From the NCBI GenBank assembly GCA_030704615.1, contig JAKLZA010000072.1:1-50000 (forward strand): a DNA stretch of 50,000 bases, in the 5' to 3' direction. The notes below the pieces were generated by a model that worked only from the letters and a program-made list of their open reading frames with translations, ran no database searches and was not told the DNA's origin. Of this stretch, positions 49,201 through 50,000 are shown piece by piece. Positions within the stretch are counted from its first letter, which is position 1, and each line of letters opens with the position of its first letter. Origin of the DNA: Takakia lepidozioides. Lineage: Eukaryota; Plantae; Bryophyta. Position numbers and translations under genes: made by a program.

Positions 49201-49823
49201 AACAAGATGTCCCCATCAAACTGTGCTGGCACGTATTGAACCCGTTGCACAGGAAGGGACTCCCAATCAACAAAACGCAGCTCGCTCTTGCACCCAGGCA
49301 CACCTGCGAGGGCTTTCAATTTTGGAATGACACTCGTTATCTCTTGCAATTCGTCATCATCCAATGACGGAGTCTGCACTGGCGGAGGAATCTCAGAAAC
49401 ATCCTCCGAGGACGAGTCTGAAAGAGTCACGAAGGTAGTGGATGTGCTCACCTCTTGTTTCACAGGAACTGTGTCCTTCTGTTGCACAACCGATGCTGCA
49501 GTGCCAGGGGTAACGACTGATCCTGCTGATTGTCTTCTTTCTTTTCCAAGGACACGGTATGTGCCTGGAAGGACTCTCCACTTCCTTCCACACTTGCCAA
49601 CCAATGGTTTCTCCAAGTGCCCAGAATCCAAATTCCCATCCTCGTCATACACCTCTTTTTGAACAAGGAGAGAACCCAACTCCAGCGGGAACACTGTAAC
49701 CAGCTCATCCTCATGAACAACTGCAAACCCATCGTCGTCTGCAGTGGCAGTCAGTGGAAGAGTACTTGCATTGGAATGGAATCGAGCAAGTGTATCTCGC
49801 TCCCTCGACATGTTTTCCCTCAC
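46247..49823 (-). mobile_element. Mutator-like (MULE) transposase pseudogene: GCM-like Zn domain, DDE core, Cys-rich region, SWIM finger
   Basis: One frame once the GT-AG intron 47789-47660 is removed and two stops (48215-48213 TAG, 47089-47087 TGA) are read through. Motifs WLMFDHCKRV (D1), GFMADSAQAN (D2), CLFHW (MULE CxxH), NLAETVHNAW (E) and SWIM SCTCSDF..PCKHQY. Confidence 0.88.
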
Positions 49824-50000
49824 TGAACGAAAGTTGCGGAATCCTCGAACTGATAGCCCGCAGTCACCGAAAGGGGAATTAAGACAAGCAAACTGAGGTC
49901 AACAAGGGTAGCTCCAACCCAAAGGTTGCGGGTGATGCATGCAAAGGATGTAGGGATAAGATGCACCTTCACTTCGGAAACAGCAACGCTAAGAGGCACT

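Noticed and set aside
48636-49367. 243-aa plus-strand ORF and other antisense ORFs over the MULE, PPR and SURNod19 genes
   Set aside because: Antisense shadows of recognisable coding sequence, with no motifs of their own.

Overview
Eukaryotic nuclear DNA from a land plant. The very uniform PLS-PPR arrays and the MULE type suggest a non-seed plant (bryophyte, lycophyte or fern); this is inference. There are four apparently intact genes: a 7-exon dienelactone-hydrolase-family gene (-), two duplicated 3-exon SURNod19 genes (+; the first is head-to-head with the hydrolase) and an intronless F-box gene with an acidic 43-aa tandem repeat (-). A 24-motif PLS-PPR gene has an intact RNA-binding array but a disrupted E2/DYW tail. 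The rest is nested, decayed mobile DNA and pseudogenes: four Ty1/copia remnants, Ty3/gypsy remnants (chromovirus integrase; gag-protease with an extra upstream ORF), LINE fragments, hAT and Tourist MITEs with target-site duplications (TSDs), a CACTA end and a ~1.6-kb repeat in two inverted copies. Pseudogene pieces include PPR, Kelch/ACBP and probably NLR fragments. The most unusual element is a reconstructable ~1150-codon Mutator-like transposase with a GCM-like Zn domain and a SWIM finger, broken only by two transition-type stops. No rRNA, tRNA or CRISPR was seen. Family assignments come from motifs recognised by eye, not from database searches.
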